A stretch of DNA of 64,000 nt from Patescibacteria group bacterium (GCA_036835125.1 DAITMO010000001.1:57444-121443); one strand, 5' to 3'. Counted from the stretch's first letter, positions 18,181-28,518 are shown. Translations and numbers: made by a program. Notes: generated from the letters alone by a model not told the origin.

Positions 18181-18457
18181 CTCCCCCGGCAGGATTCGAA
18201 CCTGCAACCTCGATCTTACAATACCCCTTCTGTTACCAAAAGGATTGGACTATCTAATCATCTTTATTTTAAAGATGTCAGGTATATAGTCTCTACACAT
18301 TTACTACATTCATTAATTGAATGCAGATTTAGCTCGGGATTGGCCTAAAAAAAAGGTGTTCCCCGAATTAGCCTGATTTTACACTTCAAATCACTTTAAA
18401 GCGCTGCCTTAAACCTATAGTCGACAGGATCTCGCTCTACCGTTGAGCTACAGGGGA
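18181..18457 (-). tRNA. Intron-containing tRNA, most likely tRNA-Asn(GUU): exons 18424..18457 and 18181..18218, interrupted in the anticodon loop
   Basis: Exon 1 is UCCCCUG-UA-GCUC-AACGGUA-GAGC-G-AGAUC-CUGU. Exon 2 is UAA-GAUCG-AGGUU-GCAGG-UUCGAAU-CCUGC-CGGGGGA-G. Together they give a perfect cloverleaf with U1-A72 and discriminator G73, as in bacterial tRNA-Asn. The alternative splice-junction placement gives Thr(UGU). Confidence 0.75.
18219..18423 (-). other. Group I self-splicing intron (IC3-like, Azoarcus/cyanobacterial tRNA-intron type), 205 nt
   Basis: The 5' exon ends in U and the intron ends in G. The intron contains GUGUAGAGACUA and AAUUCGGGGAA, both near-identical to the Azoarcus pre-tRNA-Ile intron core recalled from memory. 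No ORF lies inside. Confidence 0.7.
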
Positions 18458-18549
18458 ACGAAAATTCTAAAATATCAATGAGCTAGGCAATTATAGCAGT
18501 CGGAGGCCAAGTATTCCAGGTTTTAAATCTATCAGGATAATAAGTTTTA

Positions 18550-20370
18550 TTAGTCCTCTAAAGTTGAAGTGTCTCCTGTCTCTTCTCCCATCTCTCTTGC
18601 TCTTAATATTCTTCTAACTATCTTTCCACTTCTGGTTTTTGGAAGTTTATCAATGAATACAAATCTTTCTGGTTTTCCATGTTTGCCGTAGGTATCTCCA
18701 ACGTGTTCTGAAAGCTCATGAGATAGGTTGTCATTTGGGTTTTCACCTTTAATGAGAGTTACATAGGCAACAATTTTATTTCCTTTTATTTCATCGGGAA
18801 TTGCAATTACTGCAGCCTCTGCAACCTTTTTATGAGAAGTTAATATTGCTTCAAGTTCAGCAGATCCAATATTGTGACCTGCAACCACAATAATGTCATC
18901 GCTTCTCCCCAATATCTTTACATATCCGTCTTTATCTTTTACTGCAATATCTCCTGTAAAAAAGAACCCTGGGCTTTCTGTCCAGTATTTTTCAAAACGA
19001 TTAGGGTCTCCCCAACAACCTCTTAAAGAAGAGGGCCAGTTGCCTTTTATAACAAGAAAGCCTTTTTGTCCTTCTGGCACTTCTTCTCCACTTTCATTGA
19101 CAATAAGAGCTTCAAGTCCAAAATATGGAATTCCAGCCATTCCCGGTTTTTCACTTAATCCTGGTGGAGTTGTAATCATATGTCCCCCAGTTTCTGTCTG
19201 CCACCAAGTATCCACTATTGGACATTTGCTTTTTCCTACATACTCGTCATACCAAATCCAAGCTGATTCATTCAAAGGCTCTCCAACAGACCCTAGTATT
19301 CTAAGAGAACTCAAATTGTGATTCAGTGGAGAATTGTAGCCAACTGCCATTAACATTCTAATTGCAGTTGGTGATGTATAAAAAATGGTAACTTTGTACT
19401 TATCAATTATTCTCCACCAAACTTCTGAATCTGGAAAATTTGGAGTACCCTCATAAATAAGTGTTGTTGCGTGATTACTAAGGGGTCCATAGATAATATA
19501 TGAATGTCCTGTGATCCAGCCACTATCAGCAGTACACCAATAAATGTCTTTTTCTTTCAGATCAAATGAATATTTTGTGGTTATGTGAGTAAAAAGATTG
19601 TAGCCCGCAGTTGTATGAACTATTCCTTTTGGTTTTCCAGTAGTTCCAGATGTATAAAGAATAAAAAGTGGATCTTCAGAATCCATTTGAGGAGCTTCAA
19701 GTTTGTCACTAAATTCTGAATAGTTAGCTACCAAATCAACTTCATTTTCTTTTAGAATAGTTTCCTTTTCTCTTTTAAAAACAATTGTTTTTTTAAATTC
19801 TTTTATGTTTTTTACTGATTCCCTTACTGTTGAAAGAAGATCAATCTTGTTTCCCTTTCTATATGTAAAGTCGGAGGTGACTACAAACTTACTTTTTGCA
19901 TCTTCTATTCTTGTGGATAGTGATTCATAACTGAATCCTGCAAAAACAACCGAATGAACTATTCCAATTCTTGCACAAGCTAAAATTACAGCAATCTGTT
20001 CAATGGTCATGGGCATATAAATAGTTAATGTGTCACCCTTTTTAAGCCCGAGGCTTTCAAAATAATTTGCAATTTTGTTTACCTTTGAAAGCAGATTTTT
20101 ATAAGTTATCGTTTCTTCATCTCCTGCCTCGTTTGTCCAAATGTAGGCAATTTTATCTCCTCCTCCATTTTTAACGTGTCTGTCCAAACAATTGTAAGTA
20201 ATGTTTATTTTTCCCCCGGGAAACCATTTTGAAGAAAAACCATCTTTTACTAACACACTATCCCATTTTTTAAACCAATCTAGTTCTTTTGAAGCTAATT
20301 CTTCCCAAAACCCCTCGGGGTCATCAATTGATTTTTTATAAAGTTTGTCAAATTCGCTTTTTGAAAACAT
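18550..20370 (-). CDS. acs: Acetyl-CoA synthetase (AMP-forming)
   Basis: 606 aa. Has the YTSGTTGKPKG AMP-binding motif, the ACS N-terminal region and a C-terminal lysine region. Confidence 0.85.
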   Translation of the reverse strand: MFSKSEFDKLYKKSIDDPEGFWEELASKELDWFKKWDSVLVKDGFSSKWFPGGKINITYNCLDRHVKNGGGDKIAYIWTNEAGDEETITYKNLLSKVNKIANYFESLGLKKGDTLTIYMPMTIEQIAVILACARIGIVHSVVFAGFSYESLSTRIEDAKSKFVVTSDFTYRKGNKIDLLSTVRESVKNIKEFKKTIVFKREKETILKENEVDLVANYSEFSDKLEAPQMDSEDPLFILYTSGTTGKPKGIVHTTAGYNLFTHITTKYSFDLKEKDIYWCTADSGWITGHSYIIYGPLSNHATTLIYEGTPNFPDSEVWWRIIDKYKVTIFYTSPTAIRMLMAVGYNSPLNHNLSSLRILGSVGEPLNESAWIWYDEYVGKSKCPIVDTWWQTETGGHMITTPPGLSEKPGMAGIPYFGLEALIVNESGEEVPEGQKGFLVIKGNWPSSLRGCWGDPNRFEKYWTESPGFFFTGDIAVKDKDGYVKILGRSDDIIVVAGHNIGSAELEAILTSHKKVAEAAVIAIPDEIKGNKIVAYVTLIKGENPNDNLSHELSEHVGDTYGKHGKPERFVFIDKLPKTRSGKIVRRILRAREMGEETGDTSTLED

Positions 20371-20381
20371 AAAATGTAATA

Positions 20382-20864
20382 TTAAAAAATTGAATCTGGA
20401 TACATTTCTGGTCTAAACTGGGGCTGATAATTTTTGTGATACTCTGTATCAAATTCCATACTAAGCTTGTTTGCATTAATTCCGTGGGATTGACAAACAC
20501 TTTCTATTTTTATCTTCTCATCCTCTAATTTTGGATCTGGTTCCTCATCCAAAGAATGCTGAACAAGTATTTTGTTTCTAATCTTCATATAATTTTTTAT
20601 CATTTCAACACCTTCAGACCAGTCGACAGCTTCACACGTATCTGACACGATTTTCTCAGCAATCTTTTTGGCATTATTGTTATGTTCTTTTAGAAGATAT
20701 TTCTGATATTCTTCAACTGACATGTTTAATGTTTTTGCCACCAGTTCTACCGCTTCATTTCTCTTTTGAAGTTCTTTATTAAAAAGATTATCTAATTTAC
20801 CAAATGTGTTCGATAATGTATCCATATTTTCTTGTAATGAATTATCTCCTGCCATTTTAGTCAA
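20382..20864 (-). CDS. Hypothetical protein co-transcribed downstream of rpoD
   Basis: 160-aa soluble acidic ORF overlapping the rpoD start by 8 nt. No recognisable motif. Confidence 0.45.
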   Translation of the reverse strand: MTKMAGDNSLQENMDTLSNTFGKLDNLFNKELQKRNEAVELVAKTLNMSVEEYQKYLLKEHNNNAKKIAEKIVSDTCEAVDWSEGVEMIKNYMKIRNKILVQHSLDEEPDPKLEDEKIKIESVCQSHGINANKLSMEFDTEYHKNYQPQFRPEMYPDSIF

Positions 20865-21936
20865 GATAGTCTTGCAATTTTTTCCTTCGGCTTGGGTGTT
20901 TTAATTTTCTTAGAGCTTTTGCTTCAATCTGACGGATACGTTCACGGGTAACACCAAATACTTTTCCAACTTCCTCCAATGTCATTGCTTTACTACCTTC
21001 AAGTCCAAATCTAAGTTTTAAAACTTTCGCTTCCCTTTCAGAAAGAGTTCCCAATACTTCTTCTAAATGATCTTTCAGAAGTTGTTTACTTGCCTGGTCA
21101 ACTGGTGAAAGTGTTGTTTCATCAGGTATGAAGTCTCCCAAGAAACTTTCCTGATCCTCTCCAACTGGAGCTTCAAGTGATGTTGTTTCTTGGGCAATTT
21201 TGAAAATTTCTCTGATTCTATCTCCATCCATTTCAAGTTCTTCTCCAATTTCTTCTGGGGTGGGCTCTCTGCCAAGTTCTTGCATTAAGCGCCTACTGGT
21301 TCTATATATCTTATTTATGGTTTCAACCATATGGACAGGAATTCTAATGGTTCTTGCCTGATCAGCGATAGCACGGGTTATAGCTTGCCTTATCCACCAG
21401 GTTGCATAGGTACTAAATTTGAATCCTTTTCTCCAATCATATTTTTCAACAGCTCGAATAAGTCCTTGATTTCCTTCCTGGATAAGATCGAGAAGTGAAA
21501 GACCACGCCCTATATATTTTTTAGCAATTGATACAACAAGTCTTAAATTACTTTCTGTTAGTTTATCTTTAGCTTTTTTATCTGCCTTTTCATATCTTTT
21601 GGCATATTCAATTTCATCCTCTGCTAAAAGAAGAGGAACTCTTCCAATTTCTCTTAAGTATTGACGGACTGGGTCGGTTGACTCAATTCCTTCAAGTTTT
21701 GTAAGAAGTTCTATTTCACGATCTAATTTCTCTTTTGCTTTTTCATCGCTTTCAATTTCCCCTGGAGTTACTGATTCAAATACATCAATCCCCTCAGCAA
21801 TAAGTTTTTCATATAAATCATCAAGTTCGGCAACCCTTTCTTCCGCATCAGAAAATACTTCCATTATTTCCTCTTGCGTAAGGAAGCCTTGATCACGACC
21901 TTTTTTTATTAAATCGAGTACTGGTTTTCTAACCAT
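20857..21936 (-). CDS. rpoD: RNA polymerase sigma-70 factor RpoD (compact)
   Basis: 359 aa. Regions 2-4 are present, including [27 protein letters not shown] and the region 4 HTH. Confidence 0.9.
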   Translation of the reverse strand: MVRKPVLDLIKKGRDQGFLTQEEIMEVFSDAEERVAELDDLYEKLIAEGIDVFESVTPGEIESDEKAKEKLDREIELLTKLEGIESTDPVRQYLREIGRVPLLLAEDEIEYAKRYEKADKKAKDKLTESNLRLVVSIAKKYIGRGLSLLDLIQEGNQGLIRAVEKYDWRKGFKFSTYATWWIRQAITRAIADQARTIRIPVHMVETINKIYRTSRRLMQELGREPTPEEIGEELEMDGDRIREIFKIAQETTSLEAPVGEDQESFLGDFIPDETTLSPVDQASKQLLKDHLEEVLGTLSEREAKVLKLRFGLEGSKAMTLEEVGKVFGVTRERIRQIEAKALRKLKHPSRRKKLQDYLD

Positions 21937-21970
21937 AGTTTTAATTTATAAACAAAACAATGCCCTATCT

Positions 21971-23773
21971 CTAGGGTTCATTTAGTATTATACCTCGCCC
22001 TTCATCCTTTTCGTAAGTGGAGCGTATTTTGGCGAGTGTATTAAATTCTTTCTGAGCTTCAAGAAGCTTTGTACTTTCGCCTTTCTCTTCCATCTCACGT
22101 ATCTGAGACTGTAAAGTTTCTAATCTTTCCCTGACACCCAGTATTGTAACCTCTTTTTTCACTAATTCCAACTCCATTTTTAACTCTTCTATGTTTTCAT
22201 TGGAGTCTCTCTCTTCTGAGAGAACAATTTTAGAAAATCCTTCAAACAACTCTTTTGGAAGTGATTGACCAAATTTCGAAATATTAAATTTATCTTTTTT
22301 GATGAACTTTATATATTCATCAATCAATTTAAGGTTAAAAGGAAGTTTTATTAGTTTTTTAATACTTTCATCATTCAATATTTTAGGGTCGGTAGTAAAA
22401 GCAAGTTTTAATAAATTTTCTTCTAAAACTTCTCTTTTTCCCCTTTTTTCTTTTTCTTCTTTTTCTTCCATGTTTGGTTTTTCCTCAGGTTTTTCAATTT
22501 TCTCAATTTGGTTAGTTACTGCCTCAAGTGGTACACCAAGTTTTTTGGCAACAACATTGGCATAGTGAGATTGAACTATTTTGTCCCCTATTTCAGAAAG
22601 TATTGGAACAATTTCTCTTGAAATTTTAGATTTTCCAACACCTGAGACTGAATCAAACCTTCCAAAAACTGAGTCTATTAGAAAGTCCCAAATCACTTTT
22701 GCTCCAATCAAATCTTTTTTATAGCTTTCAATATCTCCACGAGCAGCATCATCAGGATCTTTATAACCACCTGAAATCTTGGCAACTTTTACCTCAACTC
22801 CTGAGTCTGCCGCAATTTTAATTCCACGTCTTGCTGCAGCATCTCCTGCCATATCACTATCAAGGGCCAAAACAAACTTTTCTGCAAACCTTGAAAGAAG
22901 TCTTACTTGTTCCTCAGTTAAAGATGATCCTTTTATTGCAACAACATTCTTTATCCCTGCTTGCCAAGAACTCATTAAGTCAAGCTCTCCTTCAACAACA
23001 ATTGCGGTTTTTTTCTTTTTAATATAACTGCGTGTCAAGTTAAGCCCAAAAAGAACATTACTTTTATGATAAAGAGGTGTTTCGGGAGAATTTATATATT
23101 TACCAGTTTCCCTTTTGTCCCAAGGCAGAATCCTTCCAGAAAATCCAATAGGGTTACCTCTGTGGTCAAAAAGAGGAAAAATAACACGTCCGTTGAACCT
23201 GTCATAAATGTTTTGGCCACGTACAACTCCAATTCCTGCTTTTTCAATTTCATTTGGTGTAAATTTCTTTTTATCTACTAAATATTTTTTTAATGGATAT
23301 GAATTTTCAGGTGAGAAGCCTAGCTGAAATTCTTTGATTGTTGAGAGCAATAATCCCCTATCTTTCACTAGATAATCCAAAGCTTTTTTACCAACTGGGT
23401 GTTCAATCAAAAGAAAATTATAATAACGCAAGGCTTCGCGATTTAAATCAATTAGTTTTTCTTTTTCAGAAGCCTGTCCTCCAGCAAATTTTTCAAGCTT
23501 GATTCCAGCGCGATCTGCTAAATATTTTAGAGCTTCAGAAAATTCCATTCCCTCGTATTTTTCCAAGAAAGCGAACACATCTCCCGCTTCAGAACAGCCA
23601 AAACATTTAAATATTTGAAGTTCTGGGGAAACCATGAATGAAGGGGTTTTTTCTCCATGAAATGGGCAAGCTGCTTTGAAGTTCCTTCCTGCCTTTTTTA
23701 GCTCAATTCTTTCTCCAATGATTGAAACTATATCTGTTCTGTTTTTAACCTCTTCTATTTGGTTTACAGGCAT
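21971..23773 (-). CDS. dnaG: DNA primase
   Basis: 600 aa with a CHC2 zinc finger (CPFHGEKTPSF...CFGC) and a TOPRIM domain. Sits in the conserved dnaG-rpoD arrangement. Confidence 0.9.
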   Translation of the reverse strand: MPVNQIEEVKNRTDIVSIIGERIELKKAGRNFKAACPFHGEKTPSFMVSPELQIFKCFGCSEAGDVFAFLEKYEGMEFSEALKYLADRAGIKLEKFAGGQASEKEKLIDLNREALRYYNFLLIEHPVGKKALDYLVKDRGLLLSTIKEFQLGFSPENSYPLKKYLVDKKKFTPNEIEKAGIGVVRGQNIYDRFNGRVIFPLFDHRGNPIGFSGRILPWDKRETGKYINSPETPLYHKSNVLFGLNLTRSYIKKKKTAIVVEGELDLMSSWQAGIKNVVAIKGSSLTEEQVRLLSRFAEKFVLALDSDMAGDAAARRGIKIAADSGVEVKVAKISGGYKDPDDAARGDIESYKKDLIGAKVIWDFLIDSVFGRFDSVSGVGKSKISREIVPILSEIGDKIVQSHYANVVAKKLGVPLEAVTNQIEKIEKPEEKPNMEEKEEKEKRGKREVLEENLLKLAFTTDPKILNDESIKKLIKLPFNLKLIDEYIKFIKKDKFNISKFGQSLPKELFEGFSKIVLSEERDSNENIEELKMELELVKKEVTILGVRERLETLQSQIREMEEKGESTKLLEAQKEFNTLAKIRSTYEKDEGRGIILNEP

Positions 23774-23814
23774 ATTAATCCGATTGTAGCATATAACCCG
23801 AAAATAAGATGAAG

Positions 23815-24531
23815 TTAGAGTTCAAAATCTAAAACCAAAGGTAAATGATCTGAAACTTCATTATATGGAACTTCAAAACTCTTTACCTTTACCTTTGGTG
23901 AGACAAAACAATAATCAGCAAAGTATTGTTTATAAAACTCAGGCTGATGTTTAAACTGATCCCAACTAATTTTATTCCGTGTTGACTTGATATCAAATTC
24001 TTTGATCAAATTTCTAAATCCATTTTCTTCAAAAATGTTAACGCTTTTTGTATTCAAATTTAAATTAAAATCTCCTCCAATTATCACAGGGTGTTTCATT
24101 TTTTTTGAAGACTCAATTAATCTTTCAGATTGTTTTATTCTTGCAGGTGTGTCCACTTTTGTTCCTGGTCTTGCTTTTCCATGAACATTAATAACCATTG
24201 CTTCAAGTTTTTTTGTTGTTATTTTTATAACTGATCCAAAACCCACATCTGTAATTAAATTTCTAAAAGTAAAAATTCTTTTTTCTTCTTTTACCTCTAT
24301 TCCTTTTCTAACAAAAAATGCTTGTCCATAGTCCTCACCAATTGAAGTGTCATGTAAACCCTCATCATAGAAACCATTATGGTTAGGAAGATTTCTAGAA
24401 ATGTTTTTAAATACAGAGGGGCTAACTTCGGTAAAAGCAAAAACGTCTATTATCTGTGATGATTTCTTAATGTATTTGTAAAAAACATCTCCAGTCCTAG
24501 CATACCAACAATTTAAAAACATTATTTTCAT
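23815..24531 (-). CDS. Endonuclease/exonuclease/phosphatase (EEP) family protein
   Basis: 238 aa with the GGDFNL motif and a C-terminal SDHLPLV motif typical of EEP-fold enzymes. Confidence 0.7.
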   Translation of the reverse strand: MKIMFLNCWYARTGDVFYKYIKKSSQIIDVFAFTEVSPSVFKNISRNLPNHNGFYDEGLHDTSIGEDYGQAFFVRKGIEVKEEKRIFTFRNLITDVGFGSVIKITTKKLEAMVINVHGKARPGTKVDTPARIKQSERLIESSKKMKHPVIIGGDFNLNLNTKSVNIFEENGFRNLIKEFDIKSTRNKISWDQFKHQPEFYKQYFADYCFVSPKVKVKSFEVPYNEVSDHLPLVLDFEL

Positions 24532-24553
24532 GAGAAATATTTTACCTTTCTAA

Positions 24554-25987
24554 CTACTCCCGTTCAAATTTGATTAGTTTCATTTCTCCTAAGTTTTCTT
24601 CCCAAACCACTTTTGTTAGGTTTGATGCGTAAAACTCATATCTATGGTCTTTAATTGTTTTTTCTAAACTTGGAGTCAACACATAAAGAACATCTAAGTG
24701 TTCATATGAAATGTCACTTTCAGGCTTTTTCTCTACATTTTTCAAAACGAAATACCTCAACCCTCTCGCTTGTGCATCTCCATATAAGTTTTCTGACAGA
24801 TTATATGTTTCAGTTCCTATATCTGATTTTATTAGAAGACTGGCTTTTTCAAGAGTGTCTATTCCAACATAGTCTTTATTTGGATTTGGCCTAAAAGTAA
24901 TTAATTTGTAATCTGTAAAGATAATGAAGGGGATTAAAATAAACCAAATCCAATTAATTTTTTCAAAACATTTCATTAATAACCAGATAAATACTGGTGT
25001 AAGCCCAAAAAGATATCTTCCATTAAAAGAGTTACCTGAAATATAGCCAACAATTATTGAGGAAGCCAAAATCAAGGCAATCAAGAATTTTTCTCTCCTT
25101 TGTAGTTTTTTAAGAGAAAAAACAATTAAGAAAAGAAAAAGAACTCCAAAAACAATTTGCAAAAAACCAAGTGATATTGTTTGAAATCCAATTTCCATAG
25201 GTTTAATACCAATAATTGCGAGAGGAAATCTATACAAACTTTCGAAGAGTGAGAAAATATTCACTGACATTATAGAATTGTTAGACAAATTGAACCAAAA
25301 AGTTCTTGATAAAAAGAAATTGTTTCTGATTTCAAATATCCATATTGGGAATGTCCCAACAATAGCCCCGAGAAGGATAAAACCAACATTTTTATATTTC
25401 CTTTCAAAAAGGAAATAAACCAAATAGAAAACTAAAGGAACTATAGCAAAATAATGAAAGTTAAATATAAGACCTAAAAGAACTCCTGAGATAATTAAAC
25501 TAAATTTTCTTTCATTTTTGAGTATTAGATACCAAAACCAGACAGAAATACCAATAATGGCATTTGGATTCCAATAGAATCTCATGTGGGTTAGTATTAG
25601 TGGAGAAACAACGTAAATTAAAGTTCCCAAAATCGGGTTTTTTACTTTTAAATGATTTTTCAAAATCAAATACAAAATTGGGATTGAACTAATAAACACC
25701 AATACTTGTCCAACAGTACTTCCCCAAACCTCAAAGTCAGTTATCACTAAACCGACCATTCCCAAATAATATGAAAAAGACCCTAAATAAAATTCTCTTA
25801 TAGATCTTTGTCCCAAGGAAGCTGGTGGCCCAATTAAAGTTAATTCTTTATCCTGCCAAATTTGAATCATTCTTACACTATCACGGGCAGTGTCTTCAAT
25901 CAAAAGATATGTTTTATCAATATTAATGAAGCATAAAAATAAGCCCAGAATTATTAGCCACCAGGTTTTTTTGAAAATTGACATCAT
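24554..25987 (-). CDS. Polytopic membrane protein, putative GT-C glycosyltransferase (ArnT/PMT-like)
   Basis: 477 aa with at least 10 TM segments and loop regions resembling GT39/ArnT proteins. Assignment is by architecture only. Confidence 0.35.
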   Translation of the reverse strand: MMSIFKKTWWLIILGLFLCFINIDKTYLLIEDTARDSVRMIQIWQDKELTLIGPPASLGQRSIREFYLGSFSYYLGMVGLVITDFEVWGSTVGQVLVFISSIPILYLILKNHLKVKNPILGTLIYVVSPLILTHMRFYWNPNAIIGISVWFWYLILKNERKFSLIISGVLLGLIFNFHYFAIVPLVFYLVYFLFERKYKNVGFILLGAIVGTFPIWIFEIRNNFFLSRTFWFNLSNNSIMSVNIFSLFESLYRFPLAIIGIKPMEIGFQTISLGFLQIVFGVLFLFLIVFSLKKLQRREKFLIALILASSIIVGYISGNSFNGRYLFGLTPVFIWLLMKCFEKINWIWFILIPFIIFTDYKLITFRPNPNKDYVGIDTLEKASLLIKSDIGTETYNLSENLYGDAQARGLRYFVLKNVEKKPESDISYEHLDVLYVLTPSLEKTIKDHRYEFYASNLTKVVWEENLGEMKLIKFERE

Positions 25988-26057
25988 GAGAAGACTTATT
26001 AATCCTGATTATAGCAGAAGATTTTAAGCCAACTGACTGGTATAATATGCCTAGTTT

Positions 26058-26141
26058 GGAGGAGTGGCCCAGCGGCTACGGCGCGTACTTGGAAAGTACG
26101 TGGGAGCAATCCCTCGCAGGTTCGAGTCCTGTCTCCTCCGC
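26058..26141 (+). tRNA. tRNA-Ser(GGA)
   Basis: Acceptor GGAGGAG/CUCCUCC, anticodon loop UUGGAAA, long variable arm, discriminator G. Folded by hand. Confidence 0.85.
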
Positions 26142-26552
26142 TTAATCAAAAATATCATCTATCATTTTTTTGATTTTTAAAAAATGTTCCTTATGACTAT
26201 ATCGGATTTTAATTGTTCCAAATTGGCTGGGTCTGAAAACATTTGTTTTTTGTCCAAAAATAATAGTTTTTTGAAACCTCTCAAGAGGGATTTTGGTCTC
26301 ATTTGACCAATACTTCTTCAAATAACTTTCATTAAGATCTGAATAGATGAATAATTCTGCTTTAATTCTTGACTCATCCGCTTCAATTATTTCCCTTAAA
26401 AATCGTAAGAACATTTTTATTGTTCTAGAATCTGTATTTGTAAACTCAACAGCAAAGACTTTTCCTCCCCTCCTAAGTGTTCTTTCTTTCGTCCCTTCAC
26501 ATAAATATAATGAGGCGCCAAGGAGACTAAGATCGTGAGCAGAAATATCCAT
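26142..26552 (-). CDS. Hypothetical protein
   Basis: 136-aa ORF abutting the tRNA-Ser. Weak, unconvincing LAGLIDADG-like LLGASLYLCEGT segment. Confidence 0.4.
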   Translation of the reverse strand: MDISAHDLSLLGASLYLCEGTKERTLRRGGKVFAVEFTNTDSRTIKMFLRFLREIIEADESRIKAELFIYSDLNESYLKKYWSNETKIPLERFQKTIIFGQKTNVFRPSQFGTIKIRYSHKEHFLKIKKMIDDIFD

Positions 26553-26617
26553 ATATCATACTAATAAAACCCGAAGATAAAATCAATAACCAATTTAAAA
26601 AAGTGGATGTATTAATA

Positions 26618-27124
26618 TCAAAGAAGATTTTTCGCTTTTTCCAAAGCTTCTTTTTCACTTTTATATGAAAGTCTCTCTAATGCTTCATTATATGGAAGCC
26701 AGGCAATTTCTGATGTTTCAAAATCAAAACCATTGGGGTCATCTTTTATCCACTCCATGAGGTAGTGTGTAACAAACTTCATTACTTTTCCTCTAATAGG
26801 ATGTGTATAAAAAAGATTAATCGTTCCTATTTTTTTGATAATTTTTGCTTCAACTCCAGTTTCTTCTCTTGTTTCTCTTATTGCTGTTTTTTGAAGTATT
26901 TCCTCTGTAGCTTTTACTGATCCTCTCGCCATCGGACCTGGAATATCTGGTCCTGCATCATCAAGCCAACCTTTAGGGAACATCCAATAAGTATTTGGGA
27001 ACATCTTGCTTGCTGATGTTCTTCTCACAAGCCACAATAAACCTTTATCAGTTTTCTTATATACGATTCCTCCTGAGGAAAATTCGCGGCTTAAAATGTT
27101 TTTATCTTGTGTGTCTTTTCCCAC
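26618..27124 (-). CDS. NUDIX hydrolase
   Basis: 168 aa with the Nudix box (AIRETREETGVEAKI). Confidence 0.8.
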   Translation of the reverse strand: MGKDTQDKNILSREFSSGGIVYKKTDKGLLWLVRRTSASKMFPNTYWMFPKGWLDDAGPDIPGPMARGSVKATEEILQKTAIRETREETGVEAKIIKKIGTINLFYTHPIRGKVMKFVTHYLMEWIKDDPNGFDFETSEIAWLPYNEALERLSYKSEKEALEKAKNLL

Positions 27125-27564
27125 TCTTTTAATACTTCACGAGCGCTTTTGAACATATCCTTCTCTTTGCTAGATTTGAGTTTTTTTGTTATTTCTCCCG
27201 CTTCCAACCATTTAAAGTCCTGGAAACCAATAAGCTCGCTTGGGCCTCCTTTTTGGAATAAAAGATAGTAATAATACTTTTGAGATACTGAATTTCCATT
27301 TACAATGACATTTCCTGTATATCTTCCAGCTTCTTCTAGAACTCTAGCTGTCATTCCACCCTGTTCACCAGTAAGCCTAATTACAGCTCTCACAGAAGAC
27401 TCTCCTCGTCTCACAGTTACTTTTGGAATTTCCCAATCACTATCTTCACTTGTCTTAACAAGCAAAAATTGTCTTTTTCCACGGTTTTCTCTAAAGACTA
27501 CTGCGCCCCCAATTAATACTTGCTGATTGTTTTTTGCGTTCATATTTTTTAACTTGACCTCCAA
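27091..27564 (-). CDS. NUDIX hydrolase (second, divergent copy)
   Basis: 157 aa with a degenerate Nudix box (GESSVRAVIRLTGEQGG). Overlaps the downstream NUDIX gene by 34 nt. Confidence 0.6.
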   Translation of the reverse strand: MEVKLKNMNAKNNQQVLIGGAVVFRENRGKRQFLLVKTSEDSDWEIPKVTVRRGESSVRAVIRLTGEQGGMTARVLEEAGRYTGNVIVNGNSVSQKYYYYLLFQKGGPSELIGFQDFKWLEAGEITKKLKSSKEKDMFKSAREVLKEWEKTHKIKTF

Positions 27565-27603
27565 GTTTAACCTTTTAAGCCTATTTAGTAAAGCTCAAAC
27601 GTG

Positions 27604-27685
27604 CGGAGGATGCAGGAGTCGAACCTGCTCTCCCTTACGGGAATTGGTTTTCGAAACCAACGCATTACCGTTCTGCCCATCCTCC
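27604..27685 (-). tRNA. tRNA-Ser(CGA)
   Basis: Acceptor GGAGGAU/AUCCUCC, 3-bp D stem, anticodon loop UUCGAAA, long variable arm, discriminator G. Confidence 0.75.
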
Positions 27686-27705
27686 ATCAACTACCACATT
27701 TTATT

Positions 27706-27780
27706 TGGTGCACCCGGACAGAATCGAACTGTCATCAAGAGCTCCGCAAGCTCCTACTCTATCCGTTAAGCTACGGGTGC
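27706..27780 (-). tRNA. tRNA-Arg; anticodon reads GCG, CCA encoded
   Basis: Acceptor GCACCCG/CGGGUGC, anticodon stem GGAGC/GCUCU, loop UUGCGGA, discriminator A, 3' CCA present in the DNA. Confidence 0.7.
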
Positions 27781-27810
27781 AAATTAAATCTCATTATTCT
27801 CTTCGAAGTT

Positions 27811-28362
27811 TTATTCACTATCTGGCAGTTTTTTAACAACCCAACTTGTAAGCTTATCTAAAAATGAGGGCTGTATTGTTTCATACGGCACATAGGCAGA
27901 AATTTCATTTTTTAGCTTATCCTTTATCTCAGGCTTTACAACTATTTCCATTCTTCCTGGAAAATTAATAGTGTCAAAGGCTACCACTTCTCCACCAGAT
28001 TTGGAAAGAAATGAAAATCTTCTAATCTCTTGCCAGGGAGTTTCTTTTCCATCTACTTTTATTCCTTTATTTGTAACTTTATATTCAATTTCTTCAGGTT
28101 TGACTGTAGAAAGAACATAGAAAAGGAATATCAAAGAAACCATGAGAATTACTGGCATAATTCCCTCAGCTATAAAAAGGACAATGCTTACAATTCCAAC
28201 AATAGAGAAAATAGTTACATAAAACCTTCTTCCATACCTCTTAAACGGTCTTGAGGCAGCAACCCAAGTGACCAACTCACGTTCAGGTTCACGCCTAACA
28301 ACAACCGCTTGTGGTTCATTATTTAAAGAGCTATCTGGTTGGATATTGGCAGCAGTTTCCAT
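27811..28362 (-). CDS. Hypothetical membrane protein
   Basis: 183 aa with two central TM helices. Confidence 0.4.
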   Translation of the reverse strand: METAANIQPDSSLNNEPQAVVVRREPERELVTWVAASRPFKRYGRRFYVTIFSIVGIVSIVLFIAEGIMPVILMVSLIFLFYVLSTVKPEEIEYKVTNKGIKVDGKETPWQEIRRFSFLSKSGGEVVAFDTINFPGRMEIVVKPEIKDKLKNEISAYVPYETIQPSFLDKLTSWVVKKLPDSE

Positions 28363-28428
28363 ATGGATATATTATACCTCAATCAAAAGCTTCGTTCTAG
28401 AACTTGAAGCTGTTATAATATGCGTGTT

Positions 28429-28512
28429 GGAGGGCACGCCAATCGGCTAGGCAATAACCTGCTAAGTTATGACCACGCAAGTGGTTGGTGAGTTCGATTC
28501 TCACGCCCTCCG
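28429..28512 (+). tRNA. tRNA-Ser(GCU)
   Basis: Acceptor GGAGGGC/GCCCUCC, anticodon loop CUGCUAA, long variable arm, discriminator G. Confidence 0.85.
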
Positions 28513-28518
28513 CTCAAA

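Noticed and set aside
26142-26552. Possible LAGLIDADG homing endonuclease next to tRNA-Ser
   Set aside because: The LLGASLYLCEGT segment is only loosely reminiscent of a LAGLIDADG helix. The acidic-pair spacing does not fit, and no second diagnostic element is present. Kept as a hypothetical protein.
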